Shown here one piece after another: positions 32,137 to 42,012 of a stretch of DNA of 64,000 bases. Each line of letters opens with the position of its first letter. Position 1 is the stretch's first letter. Origin of the DNA: an uncultured Verrucomicrobiae bacterium. GTDB lineage: Bacteria > Verrucomicrobiota > Verrucomicrobiia > Opitutales > JABDGR01. A program made the translations under genes and the position numbers. Location: NCBI GenBank assembly GCA_963765205.1, contig CAVXVB010000005.1, positions 448,001 through 512,000 of the forward strand, read 5' to 3'. Under the pieces are notes generated by a model, which was not told the DNA's origin, made no database searches, and was given only the letters and a program-made list of their open reading frames with translations.

Positions 32137-32218
32137 TCACCGCAAAGAAGCAAAGGGCGCAAAGAAAGATTTTTAAATCCTGACTTTCTTTGCGATCTTC
32201 GCGCCTTGGCGGTGAATT
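32137..32218. repeat. Intergenic inverted repeat element (TTCACCGC-AAAG...CTT-GCGGTGAA family)
   Basis: Similar elements at 21379-21455 and 43726-43824; related ACCACGGAG-type elements at 13064-13149 and 25130-25201. Confidence 0.65.
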
Positions 32219-33213
32219 TTCCTCTTATCGTCAAACCCTTTGGGATGCGCGCGGTGCCAGGCCCAGGCGGTTGCGACGATTTGATCGAGCTTCGGATACT
32301 CGATTTTCCACCCCAGTTCGCGCACGGCTTTTTGATTGTCCGCATAAAGCGCGGGCGGGTCGCCGGCGCGGCGCGGCGCGAACTTCACCTTCACTTTTTT
32401 GCCGGACGCCTTTTCGACCGCGGCGATGACTTCGCGCACCGAATTCGGCGCGCCGGTGCCAAGATTATAAAACAACTGCGCGCCGGGCTTTTTGAGTTTG
32501 TCGAAGACGAGGATGTGGGCGCGCGCCAGGTCGTCCACGTGGACGTAATCGCGCAGGCAGGTGCCGTCGGGGGTGGGGTAGTCCGTGCCGAAGATTTTGA
32601 TATGCGGCAACTGGCCGAGCACCTGCGCGATGGCGAGTGGGATGAGGTGCGTCTCTGGGGCGTGATCTTCGCCGATGGCGCCGTTGCGCGCCGCGCCCGC
32701 AGCGTTGAAATAGCGCAGGGCGGCAAAGCTCAGGCCATCGGAGCGCGCGAGGGCTCTCAGGACATTTTCCAAATCGAGCTTCGATTCGCCATAGGGGTTG
32801 ATGGGGCGCTGCGGATGGTCTTCGGTGATCGGCAGGCGCTCGGGCACGCCGTAGGTGGCGCAGGTCGAGGAGAGCACGAATTTTTTCACGCCGCTGGCGA
32901 GCATGGCCTCGAGGAGGTTCAGTGGCGCGGCCAGGTTGTTCTGATAATACTTGAGCGGGGCGGTCACCGACTCGCCAACATAGCAATAGGCGGCGAAGTG
33001 CATGACCAGCTCGATGCGGTGCTTTTTCAAAATCGCCCGCATGGCCTTGCCGTCGCCGAGGTCGGCCTCCTGGAACGGCACGCTGTTGGCGACGGCTGCG
33101 CGGTGGCCGTAAACCAGGTTGTCCACCACGACCGGGCGGTGGCCCTGCGCGCTGAGCTGGCGCACGCAATGGCTGCCAATATAGCCGGCTCCGCCGACGA
33201 CGAGAACATTCAT
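32173..33213 (-). CDS. galE: UDP-glucose 4-epimerase
   Basis: GGAGYIGSH, HFAAY, YGESK, LRYFNAAGA, DGTCLRDYVHV, RRAGDP. Confidence 0.95.
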   Translation of the reverse strand: MNVLVVGGAGYIGSHCVRQLSAQGHRPVVVDNLVYGHRAAVANSVPFQEADLGDGKAMRAILKKHRIELVMHFAAYCYVGESVTAPLKYYQNNLAAPLNLLEAMLASGVKKFVLSSTCATYGVPERLPITEDHPQRPINPYGESKLDLENVLRALARSDGLSFAALRYFNAAGAARNGAIGEDHAPETHLIPLAIAQVLGQLPHIKIFGTDYPTPDGTCLRDYVHVDDLARAHILVFDKLKKPGAQLFYNLGTGAPNSVREVIAAVEKASGKKVKVKFAPRRAGDPPALYADNQKAVRELGWKIEYPKLDQIVATAWAWHRAHPKGFDDKRKIHRQGAKIAKKVRI

Positions 33214-33450
33214 GGGCGCGCAGTGTGGGGGCAAACCGGCCCCGTTGCCAAGACGGAAAGAGGGCGCGCGCGACAAGAGCACCCGACCGCCCACGGTCTT
33301 TTTTTATGTTGATTAGGCCCGCTGAACCGGGTTAGCTATACCCTGACTAACCAAAACCAGCCGGAATTACGTGAGTTTTACCCGACGCATGAACAGCACA
33401 CAGCATCTCGCAGGGCGGCCATCCGGGCTTCGCCCCAACCCCCTGCGTTA

Positions 33451-34383
33451 ATGGCCGTTCAATACACCAGCACGGGGGCGCAGCGCCCGATGGCTCCGCG
33501 CCCGCCAATGGGGCCGATGGGACCGCGGCCACCCATGGGTCCGCGGCCCCCGATGTCCGGGGGTTCCTCGATGGGTTCGCGCGGCCCGCGCCGCCCGTAT
33601 CCCGCTTCGCACACGCCGCAATTGCGCAAGAACGAGCGCATCCGCGCGCTCGAGGTCCGCGTCATCGGCCCCGACGGCAAGCACCTCGGCATCCTGCCCA
33701 CGCGCGAGGGGATGCGCATCGCCCAGGCCCACGCGCTCGACCTCGTCGAAGTTTCGCCCGGCGAACGGCCGCCCGTTTGCAAAATCCTCGACTACGGCAA
33801 ATTCATGTATGAGGAGGGCAAGAAGCAGAAACACAGCAAGCCCCACGCCTCGAAACTCAAGGAAGTCAAATTCCGCCCCCGCATCGAGCAGCACGACTAC
33901 GACACGAAGCTGCGCCACGTCGAGGAATTCCTCTTCCACGGCGACAAGGTCAAGCTCACGCTCTTTTTCAAAGGCCGCGAAATGGAGCACAAGGAACTCG
34001 GCTTCGAGACGATGAAGCGCGTCCTCGCCGACCTGACGCACGTCGGCCTGGCCGACCAGCCCCCGCGCCTCTTTGGCCGCAACATCAACGCGACGCTTTC
34101 GCCCCTGCCGCCCAATAAACGCAAGTGGAAACATAATTTGCGCGAGGACGGTTCCGCGCCGCACGGCCACACCCATACGCCCCGCACGCACGAAGATGAC
34201 CAGGCCCGTGGTCACACGCACGATCACAGCCACGAGCATGGCCACCAACATGGCCCCGCGCATGACCAAGCGGCGCCCGCCACGCCCGCGCCCGGTGGCG
34301 CGGTCACGTTGCTCGGAGCCGCGCTTGATTCCGCGCCCACCGTCCCGCCTCCATCTCCCGGCGGGCCGCCGGTCAGCGCGTAA
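33451..34383 (+). CDS. infC: Translation initiation factor IF-3 with Pro/Met-rich N-terminal and His-rich C-terminal extensions
   Basis: NERIRALEVRVI...LDLVEVSP...PVCKILDYGKFMY...KEVKFRPRIEQHDY..KL...GDKVK...FKGRE. Confidence 0.93.
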   Translation: MAVQYTSTGAQRPMAPRPPMGPMGPRPPMGPRPPMSGGSSMGSRGPRRPYPASHTPQLRKNERIRALEVRVIGPDGKHLGILPTREGMRIAQAHALDLVEVSPGERPPVCKILDYGKFMYEEGKKQKHSKPHASKLKEVKFRPRIEQHDYDTKLRHVEEFLFHGDKVKLTLFFKGREMEHKELGFETMKRVLADLTHVGLADQPPRLFGRNINATLSPLPPNKRKWKHNLREDGSAPHGHTHTPRTHEDDQARGHTHDHSHEHGHQHGPAHDQAAPATPAPGGAVTLLGAALDSAPTVPPPSPGGPPVSA

Positions 34384-34404
34384 TTTTGCGCGTCTCATCG
34401 CCCC

Positions 34405-35499
34405 ATGAAACAGGCCACCCCCGCCTGGTCCCACCCCGCCCGCCGTTGGGCGCGGCTTGTTGCCTGCTTGATCGCGGTTCTGCTGCTGCCCGGTCCCACT
34501 TCCACAGTGCGCGCCGATGACCAGCCCATTGACGGCAATGATTACCGCCCGTTCTCGGATGTCGCCGCCCTCTACGGCATGAAAATCACCTGGGTGACGC
34601 CTGCGCAAACCCTTCAGGCGCAAAACCAATACTGCACGATCGAAGCCACGGTGAGCGAGCGCGTCCTGCGCCTCAATGGCGAGCCGCTGGCCCTCGGCTT
34701 CCCCATCGTCGAGCACAAGGGAATGCTCTTTGTCTCGAAAAGTGATTTTGATAATAATATCTTTCCGCTCCTTTCGCCTGCGCAAATCCCCCCCCCCATC
34801 CCCCCCCTACATCGCATCGTCATCGACCCAGGCCATGGCGGCACCGACCCTGGCACCCCCCACCCCGAACTGGATACCACTGAAAAGATCAACACCTTGG
34901 ATACCGGCCTGCGTCTGGCGGTCGAATTGCAAAAGCGCGGCTATGAGGTAGTCCTTACGCGCCAAACAGATACGAGAGTCGAAGTATTGGACCGACCCCT
35001 CATGGCCAATCGGGCCAAAGCCGACCTATTTATTAGCATTCACTTTAACGATGCGGCCCAGACCAGCGTGACCGGCGTCGAAACCTGGATTCTGCCGCCG
35101 CCCGGCCAGATGACCAGCTTTGAGGATAAGCCCTCGGTATCTGAACAGACCGTTCTGTCTGGCAACCGTTTTGATGCCTGGAACGCCATCGCCGCCTATT
35201 CCGTCCAGCGCGCGGTGGCGCAGGAGCTGGGGGCGGCCAACCGGGGGGTCAAACGCGCCCACGACGGGGTGCTACGCGCCTTGGACATGCCCGGAATGCT
35301 GGTCGAGTGCGGCTTTTTGAGCAGCCCGGTGGAAGGCCGAAAAATCATCACTGGCGACTACCACCAGAAAATCGCCATGGCCATCGCCGACGGCGTGGAC
35401 TCGTATAAGGCTACCCTCGACCGCCTGCGGCCCAAGCCGGCGGCGGCGATTGCGGCGTCGGCGACCACCAAAACAGCCGCGCCTGCGGCCAAAAAATAA
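34405..35499 (+). CDS. N-acetylmuramoyl-L-alanine amidase (Amidase_3)
   Basis: VIDPGHGGTDPG, EK, LTR, FISIHFN, LVECGFLS. Confidence 0.92.
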   Translation: MKQATPAWSHPARRWARLVACLIAVLLLPGPTSTVRADDQPIDGNDYRPFSDVAALYGMKITWVTPAQTLQAQNQYCTIEATVSERVLRLNGEPLALGFPIVEHKGMLFVSKSDFDNNIFPLLSPAQIPPPIPPLHRIVIDPGHGGTDPGTPHPELDTTEKINTLDTGLRLAVELQKRGYEVVLTRQTDTRVEVLDRPLMANRAKADLFISIHFNDAAQTSVTGVETWILPPPGQMTSFEDKPSVSEQTVLSGNRFDAWNAIAAYSVQRAVAQELGAANRGVKRAHDGVLRALDMPGMLVECGFLSSPVEGRKIITGDYHQKIAMAIADGVDSYKATLDRLRPKPAAAIAASATTKTAAPAAKK

Positions 35500-35613
35500 G
35501 GGGCAAAAAGAGCAATTTTCCGTCGGTTACTGCCTCTACGCAGTGCTCACGCATTGATGAACAAGCGTGCGAATCCCCTTCACCATCTTGTGCTTGTGCG
35601 ACACATCACCCAA

Positions 35614-35909
35614 CTATGCGGCAATGACTTGGAGTTTGAGCCGGCAGCCGACGATGGCGGCGGCGCGCGTGAGGGTGTGGATGGTGATGGAGGTGTTGCG
35701 TTCGTCCAATACCCGGTTCACGGCGGCGCGGCTGGTGCCCAGTTGGCGGGCCAGGGCCGTGACGCTGAGGTGTTTGCGCTTCATCCTTTCGGACAGCGCG
35801 GCGGCAATGACCTTTTTCAATGCGGCGCCTCCACTTCTTCCAGCAGGCCCTCCTGGCGCAGGAAGTCGTCTAAGTTACTGCCGTGGCGGGGGTTGGTGAT
35901 TTTCTTCAT
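35614..35909 (-). pseudogene. Frameshifted XRE-family HTH antitoxin (HigA-like)
   Basis: ATG 35909 gives MKKITNPRHGSNLDDFLRQEGLLEEVEA, then a stop; the continuation ALKKVIAAALSERMK...LARQLGTSRAAVNRVLD lies in another frame (about 1 nt missing near 35825). Confidence 0.75.
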
Positions 35910-36040
35910 ATTCGCGTTTTCTCCGTTTGGCCAGAGCGAGTTCTTGCTTCGGCGTGGTGGTATTTCAGCCATGCACGCACCGGCTCATTGTCCGCCGCGG
36001 TGCGGTAAAAGACGCAGGATAGCGGACGCAGCTTCGACAT
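35875..36040 (-). pseudogene. Internally deleted Gp49/HigB (RelE-like) toxin remnant
   Basis: N-terminus MSKLRPLSCVFYRTAADNEPVRAWLK joined out of frame to the C-terminus TTTPKQELALAKRRKREYE; the central part of the toxin is absent. Confidence 0.7.
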
Positions 36041-36480
36041 CGGCGGGAATGTGCATCAAAAAAGATTCGCTGTCAAGGGCGGAAATAAATAAGCCTGCTG
36101 AATTGTCGCCGGCGACGCCCTCACTCGTCCCGATCCAAGCTCACCACCTTAACCAAAAAACTTCTGCCATGTTTTCAAAAATCCAGGTAATAAGGTGCAG
36201 CCTGACCCCTTCCCCTCCCATCCAACCAACCCCCTTAAACGCCCCTGCAGCGCGCATTAAGACCGCCTTTTTCGCCCACTTTGACCCTTGCAAATTTTAC
36301 GATTTTTCCCAAACCTTCGGTTTTTGTGCCCAAACCGAACGGCGTTTTACATCGGCGATTCAATTTTTAAGTTTTTCATTGAATATTGGATTAAGACAAA
36401 CCTCAAAGAGCCAGTGTTGACTGTGTGCCTGTGTCGAACATATTAACTTAATTGGATCATGGATAACGGGCGAAATGCCA

Positions 36481-36963
36481 TTATGTAGAAATACATTTAA
36501 TAATAGAACATACTATCCAAAACAGAGTAAAAAGTAATGGCAGCAGAGTCATGTTCAAGGTCACGGAGGGTTTCAATAAGATCGCTTCTCGATAAATCTT
36601 ATGGACTCCACCTCGTTCATCAGCTTTAAAGCTAGCCTTTACATCTTCTATTACTCTTGCCGTGTTCGTGTTGAATAGATGCAATTCCGGGTCTAAATCC
36701 TTCTCAAGTTCTTTCAGTCGGAATTCCCAACGAACTTGCCAAAATTTACTACCTAGGTTCGTCCAAGTCCACAGAATGGAAATTCCTGCGCCGATTAAAC
36801 AGAGCCAGATACCCATTGCTTTATTTTCTACAGTAAGAAAGGCTGCGGCAATCGCGGTATCGAGAACCAGATAATAATTAGAACGTTCCCAGAATAGGCC
36901 AATTTCCATATTCCGGGTCTCCGCGGCAATCTTGTAGAATTCCAGTTTATCTTCGGATTTCAT
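36481..36963 (-). CDS. AT-rich small membrane protein (RipA/Rip1-like)
   Basis: YKIAAETRNMEIGLFWERSNYYLVL...two TM helices...GSKFWQVRWE...C-terminal TM; GC far lower than the flanks. Confidence 0.65.
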   Translation of the reverse strand: MKSEDKLEFYKIAAETRNMEIGLFWERSNYYLVLDTAIAAAFLTVENKAMGIWLCLIGAGISILWTWTNLGSKFWQVRWEFRLKELEKDLDPELHLFNTNTARVIEDVKASFKADERGGVHKIYREAILLKPSVTLNMTLLPLLFTLFWIVCSIIKCIST

Positions 36964-37156
36964 ATTTGAAATTGGGCTGTCAGGTTGAGCCTGTCGGACT
37001 AAATGCCATCTCTCAATAAGATGGCTGACATTGACATAGGCTGGAAGATAACATTGGTCGGGCTGGCAGGCAATAATGGAATCAAGGCTGGGGCAACGCG
37101 CAATTTTCCTGGCTCGGTATCTCAATGGGTAATTAACCCCCTTCCCGAAGCTCAGT

Positions 37157-39910
37157 TCAGTTCTGCCGCAACACAAAATACGGCGTGTTGGCCAAGACTG
37201 AATTAAAGCCGGGAAACAACGTCGCGCGCCCGGCGGCGTCTCGCAATTCAAAGTAATACGTCAGCGCGAAGGGCGAGTCGGTGTAACTGGCGGGAATTTC
37301 CGCTTGGAAACCCGCTCCGTCCGGCGTCAGCGCGAGGGTGTTCCAAACTGCGGACTGGTCGGTGTGGCGGTAAAATAATTTGGCCGTGGCGGGGGGCGTT
37401 TTCGTTTCCACGGGCGTGAGCGCGAGTGGCACCGCCGCACCCCGGCGGAAGACGAGCGGGGAGGCGTGTGCTACGTTGGGCGCGGGTCGCGCGTCGGGCG
37501 CGCCGGTGACGCGGCGGATGAGTTCGGCCATCGCGTCGTCGGTCGTCCCCGTCACCTTCGGCGCGGGGGGCTGGCGCTGCTTCATCAAGGCGATGTCCTG
37601 GTCCATCAGCGCCACGCGGTCGTCCCAATTTCCGCGCTGGAACCAGCCGTCGCCATAAGTCAGGTCGGTGACGTAGGCACGGCCCATCGCGTCCACAAAA
37701 TCCGACCAAATCTGCCGCGCGGCGGTGTAGGCCTGCAACGCGGCCACGAAGGCGGCGGGATGGCTGGTGTTTTCAAACAGCGCATACAGCACCGCGGCGC
37801 GGAATTTTTTCGCGAAAAAGCGCCCGAGGCCGATTTGCGTTTGCACGTCCAGCGCGTAGCGCCGCCAGGAGCCGATGCGGCGGTCCGGCACTTCGTTCAC
37901 GGCCTTGAAATAGCCGTCTTCCGCGGTTTGCGCCAAATCCTCCAGCCACTGCGCGACTTCGATAGGCGTGTATTGGCCGGTCAGGCCGACGTTCGGATCG
38001 AGCAAAGCCGTCACATAGTCATCCATGCGGTAGAAAAGCTGCGGGTCGAGCGGGCTGACGGCGTCGAAGCGCTTCGGCGACGGCGTGTCGGTGTAGGGTT
38101 CCGGGTGCGAGGCGTCCACGATGGACATGTTCTCATACATCTCCGGCCAGTAACTGTTGTTCGACGCCGAGGGCAGGTGCGCGGTCGTCACCAGCGGCAG
38201 GATGCGGCTGGCATGGGCGAGGGAAAGCTCGACGGTGCCCGCGCCGTCAAAAAACTCCCGCCGCAAATACCGCCCCCACGTCTGCGGCTGCGCCTCGGTC
38301 GAGTAGAAGAGCCGGCCCCACACGCGGTAAGTGTATTCATATTTCGCGGATTCGCCGGCCGGCGAGCGCAGCGAGGGGTCCGCATAGCCGTCGCGCCCGC
38401 CGGGCAGGCCGGAGCCTTTGCGCCCTTTGAACGACAGCGGGTCAAAAATCTCCTGGCCGAGGCTGCCGCAGAAACTCCCGGCGCGGCTGTAGCCGGCCGC
38501 CAGCACCGGGTCGCCCCACAGCAACACGCGTTGCGTGCCGGGCCAGATGCGGTGGAAAATCCCGTATTTGCGGTCCTCGGTCAGCAAATCGCCGTAGCTG
38601 TAGCGCAGGAAGCTGCGCGCGCCGCTGCTCTGCGCGAACGCGCCGGTGCCGCGCGCGCGCGTCGGCATCTCGAGTTGGCGGATGGCGGCCTGGTGGTAGG
38701 GCAGGCTCATGTGCTCGGCGGAGAATTTCGGCGAGACCGTCACCGGCAGCCCCGTGCCCAGCGCGACGTCGAGGGTTTCCTGATCCATGCCCTTGGCGTG
38801 CATGTCGAGTTCGACGGGCCGGCCGCTGCGCACGCAGCCGTCGAAGATCGTCCGCCACAAATCATAACTGCCCTCCGGCACGCCGCTCTCGCCGTGGATG
38901 CGGAAGGTCACGCCGGTGATGTTCGGGCATTCCTTTAAAATGATTGCCAGCGCGTCGCGCGAGTAGGGCGCCTGCGTCTGCGCGGTGAGGCCGGTGATGA
39001 GGTGGTTCGCGTTCGGGCTGTTCGGGAATTGATAAGCGTGCGTCCAGAGGCCGAGTTGGAATTGCAGGCCGCGCGCCGCCGCCTCGTCGCTGATGAAGCG
39101 CAGCATGGCGAAGTTCTGGTCGCGTTCCGCGTCGGGCAGGTTGGTGGCCGCGACGTTGTAACCGGGCACGGAGAGCAGGAACGGGTAGGCGAAATACAAA
39201 TACGTGTCGCGCACCCCGCTCGGGGAATCGTAGCCCAGCCCGAACGCCAGGTTGAAGCGGTTGAAGCGTTGCGTCGCCAGCGTGGTCAGGTAACTGCGCC
39301 AGAAATCGCGGTCGTTATACCAGGCCTTGTCCTCGACATCGCTGACGAACATCCGCATCACGCTGCGGATTTTGTTGGCCGGGCGTTCGACCAGGGCCAC
39401 TCCCTGCTGGTTCCCGGACGGCAGGGCCGTCGCCGCATTGCCCGTGTGGGCGACGGCGTCGGCGAGTTCCGTCACTGCATACATCAAGCCGCGCGCGTCC
39501 GCCCCGCTGGCGACCAAGAGATCGCGCGCGCCGAGCCGGCCTGGCGCAATGGCGAGCGCTTCGGCCTCGTTGGGAGCGGCGGTGGCGCCCGCGTCGCGCA
39601 CCCGCGCGCTGGTGCGGCCTGCAGCCACAATACAAACCGCGCCCGGCGGCGCGGCGTCCAAGTTCGCCGCCACATTGACCACGAATCCCCGCGCCGCATA
39701 GGCCGCGCGCAATTGCACGATGGCCCATTGCGCCGGCGCGGAGGATGCCACTGGGTCCGCCGGGTCGGCGATGATGCAGGCGGCGTGGCCGGCCACATTT
39801 TGCCCTGCCACGGGAGTGCCCGGCGTTCCCGCGCAACCCCCGAGCGCACCGCCAACCATTCCACCGGCCGCGGCCAGGCCGGTCTTAATCAAAAAATCGC
39901 GCCGTTCCAT
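37157..39910 (-). CDS. Tat-exported lipoprotein, putative glycoside hydrolase-like enzyme
   Basis: ERRDFL twin-arginine signal with LGGC lipobox; SGADARGLMYA N-domain motif of GH20/GH67/GH115-type proteins; TIM-barrel-like core; C-terminal Ig-like domain. Confidence 0.65.
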   Translation of the reverse strand: MERRDFLIKTGLAAAGGMVGGALGGCAGTPGTPVAGQNVAGHAACIIADPADPVASSAPAQWAIVQLRAAYAARGFVVNVAANLDAAPPGAVCIVAAGRTSARVRDAGATAAPNEAEALAIAPGRLGARDLLVASGADARGLMYAVTELADAVAHTGNAATALPSGNQQGVALVERPANKIRSVMRMFVSDVEDKAWYNDRDFWRSYLTTLATQRFNRFNLAFGLGYDSPSGVRDTYLYFAYPFLLSVPGYNVAATNLPDAERDQNFAMLRFISDEAAARGLQFQLGLWTHAYQFPNSPNANHLITGLTAQTQAPYSRDALAIILKECPNITGVTFRIHGESGVPEGSYDLWRTIFDGCVRSGRPVELDMHAKGMDQETLDVALGTGLPVTVSPKFSAEHMSLPYHQAAIRQLEMPTRARGTGAFAQSSGARSFLRYSYGDLLTEDRKYGIFHRIWPGTQRVLLWGDPVLAAGYSRAGSFCGSLGQEIFDPLSFKGRKGSGLPGGRDGYADPSLRSPAGESAKYEYTYRVWGRLFYSTEAQPQTWGRYLRREFFDGAGTVELSLAHASRILPLVTTAHLPSASNNSYWPEMYENMSIVDASHPEPYTDTPSPKRFDAVSPLDPQLFYRMDDYVTALLDPNVGLTGQYTPIEVAQWLEDLAQTAEDGYFKAVNEVPDRRIGSWRRYALDVQTQIGLGRFFAKKFRAAVLYALFENTSHPAAFVAALQAYTAARQIWSDFVDAMGRAYVTDLTYGDGWFQRGNWDDRVALMDQDIALMKQRQPPAPKVTGTTDDAMAELIRRVTGAPDARPAPNVAHASPLVFRRGAAVPLALTPVETKTPPATAKLFYRHTDQSAVWNTLALTPDGAGFQAEIPASYTDSPFALTYYFELRDAAGRATLFPGFNSVLANTPYFVLRQN

Positions 39911-40070
39911 GCCAGTAAAGGGGTAAGGCCGCGATTACATGAAGACCCGCGCGCGTTGGCAATCACCAATGAGAAAAAAGGGTGGGGGACGTTCACTTTT
40001 ATTCGGCAATAATCTTCTAACAAACTTCCGGCTGGCACGTCTTGACCTTAACCACCAAAATCCCTCCTCT

Positions 40071-41555
40071 ATGAAATCCCTGCTTTTTCCCGCCCTGCTG
40101 GCCGCCCTGCTGCTTCCGACCGTGCTGCCCGCCCAGCCCTCGCTGACTATTTACAACCAGAACTTCGCTGTCGTGCGCGACCAGGTGCCGCTCGACCTGC
40201 ACGCCGGTGAGAACGTCGTCCCCTACACCGGCGTCACCGCGCAACTCGAACCTGATTCCGTCGTGCTCCGCGACCCGGCGGGCCTGGTGCCGCTGACAAT
40301 CCTGGACCAGAGTTATCGCGCCGACACTCTTTCACAGGGCTATATGCTCCAGGTCAATGAGGGGAAAACGATTGATTTCCTGGTGCGGGACAAGGACAAC
40401 AAGGAATATACCGTGCCGGGGAAAATCATCCGCAGCGGCTACACGCCCGGCTCCGGTTACAACCCCGCCGAAGACTACAATCCCCGGCCCGCCGGCGACA
40501 CCCCCATCATCGAAGTCGGCGGCCAGTTGCGCTTCTCCCTGCCCGGCGAGCCGATTTTTCCCGCGCTCGCGGACGACGCCGTGCTCAAGCCCACGCTCAC
40601 CTGGCGGCTCGCCGCCGCGGCCCCGGCCAAGCTCAACGCGGAATTAAGTTATATCACCAATGGATTAAGCTGGAAGGCCGCCTACAACTTTGTCGCCCCG
40701 GAAACAGGCGACACCCTCGACCTGGTCGGCTGGGTCACGTTCGAGAACGAGTCCGGCAAGGAGTTCACGAATGCCACCGTCAAATTGATGGCCGGCGACG
40801 TGAATAAAATCCAGACGCCCCAGCCGATGTTCGCGCGCGCCGGCGCGATGGCCGCGATGGCTCCGATGGCCCCGCCGCCCGTCACCGAAAAAGCCTTCGA
40901 CGAATTCCACCTCTACACGCTTACCCAGCCGGTGACGCTCCACGATCACGAGACCAAGCAGGTCGAATTCATCCGCGCGACCGGTGTGAAGGCCGCGACC
41001 CTCTATGTTTACGACGGCGCGGCGCTCGGCAACTTCCAGGGTTGGGACCCCATTAACATCCGCACCAACCCGGACTACGGCACGCAGTCGAATAAAAAAG
41101 TCTGGATCATGCGCGAGTTCAAAAACAGCGCGGACAACGGCCTCGGCCTCGCCCTGCCCGCCGGGCGCGTGCGCTTTTACCGCCGCGACGACGCCGACCA
41201 CAGCGTCCAGTTCGTCGGCGAAAACACCCTCGACCACACGCCCGAGGGCGAAGTCGTGCGCCTCTACACCGGCGACGCCTTTGACCTCGTCGGCGAGCGC
41301 TCACGCACGGACTACCAGCTTGACCAGCGCAACAACCAGGCGCAGGAATCCTTCGCCATCACGCTGCGCAACCACAAGAAAGACCCCGTCGAAATCCGCG
41401 TCGTCGAGCACCTCTACCGCTGGAACAACTGGCAAATCACTGAGAAGTCGGACGACTTCGTCAAGACCGACGCGCAAACCGTCGAGTTCCGCGTCACCCT
41501 CCAGCCCGAAGAGGAAAAGGTCGTCACTTACAAGGTGTTGTATAGTTGGCGGTGA
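40071..41555 (+). CDS. DUF4139 domain-containing secreted protein
   Basis: LTIYNQNFAVVRD, LSYITNGLSWKAAY, LMAGDV, FHLY, LPAGRVRFY, FVGENTLDHTP. Confidence 0.85.
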   Translation: MKSLLFPALLAALLLPTVLPAQPSLTIYNQNFAVVRDQVPLDLHAGENVVPYTGVTAQLEPDSVVLRDPAGLVPLTILDQSYRADTLSQGYMLQVNEGKTIDFLVRDKDNKEYTVPGKIIRSGYTPGSGYNPAEDYNPRPAGDTPIIEVGGQLRFSLPGEPIFPALADDAVLKPTLTWRLAAAAPAKLNAELSYITNGLSWKAAYNFVAPETGDTLDLVGWVTFENESGKEFTNATVKLMAGDVNKIQTPQPMFARAGAMAAMAPMAPPPVTEKAFDEFHLYTLTQPVTLHDHETKQVEFIRATGVKAATLYVYDGAALGNFQGWDPINIRTNPDYGTQSNKKVWIMREFKNSADNGLGLALPAGRVRFYRRDDADHSVQFVGENTLDHTPEGEVVRLYTGDAFDLVGERSRTDYQLDQRNNQAQESFAITLRNHKKDPVEIRVVEHLYRWNNWQITEKSDDFVKTDAQTVEFRVTLQPEEEKVVTYKVLYSWR

Positions 41556-41586
41556 GGGGCGGAGGGACCTTACTGTTTTGTTCCAA

Positions 41587-42012
41587 CTATGGCTTGGTTT
41601 TTGTCTTGGGCGGCAGCATCTGCTGTTTTAAAGCGCCGTAAATGGCGCGAAATTCTGGGTCTTTGTGGATCAGTAATCCTTCCACGCGCAAGGCGGTCGC
41701 GGCCACGAACGCGTCGGCCAAAGAGACCGTATAAACGGCTTTGATTTTGGCTGCTTCACTGCAAAGAACCTCGTCCGTATGGTGCCATTGAATCGGCCAT
41801 GCTTTGATCTTGGCGAGGGCTTTAGCGGCGTCGGTTGCGCCCCGCTCGCGGGTTGTGATGTATTCGATTTCAGTCAACGTGGCGAAAGACGCATGGACGG
41901 ACGCCATACCCGATTTTGCGTTTAACAAACAGGCTTCAACAATCTCCGCCCCCGCCTCGTTTTCAAGGAACGCCAGGCAAGCAGAAGTGTCGAGCACGAT
42001 GACCTCAGCCAC
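41587..42012 (-). CDS. vapC: VapC PIN-domain toxin
   Basis: VLDTSA, E, SLADAFVAATA, HKDPEF. Confidence 0.88.
   Translation of the reverse strand: MAEVIVLDTSACLAFLENEAGAEIVEACLLNAKSGMASVHASFATLTEIEYITTRERGATDAAKALAKIKAWPIQWHHTDEVLCSEAAKIKAVYTVSLADAFVAATALRVEGLLIHKDPEFRAIYGALKQQMLPPKTKTKP

Noticed and set aside
33300..33450. L20 leader-type RNA upstream of infC
   Set aside because: No recognisable structure and no rpmI/rplT downstream.
35554..36420. 288-aa plus-strand ORF
   Set aside because: Antisense to the TA remnants, with no recognisable motifs.
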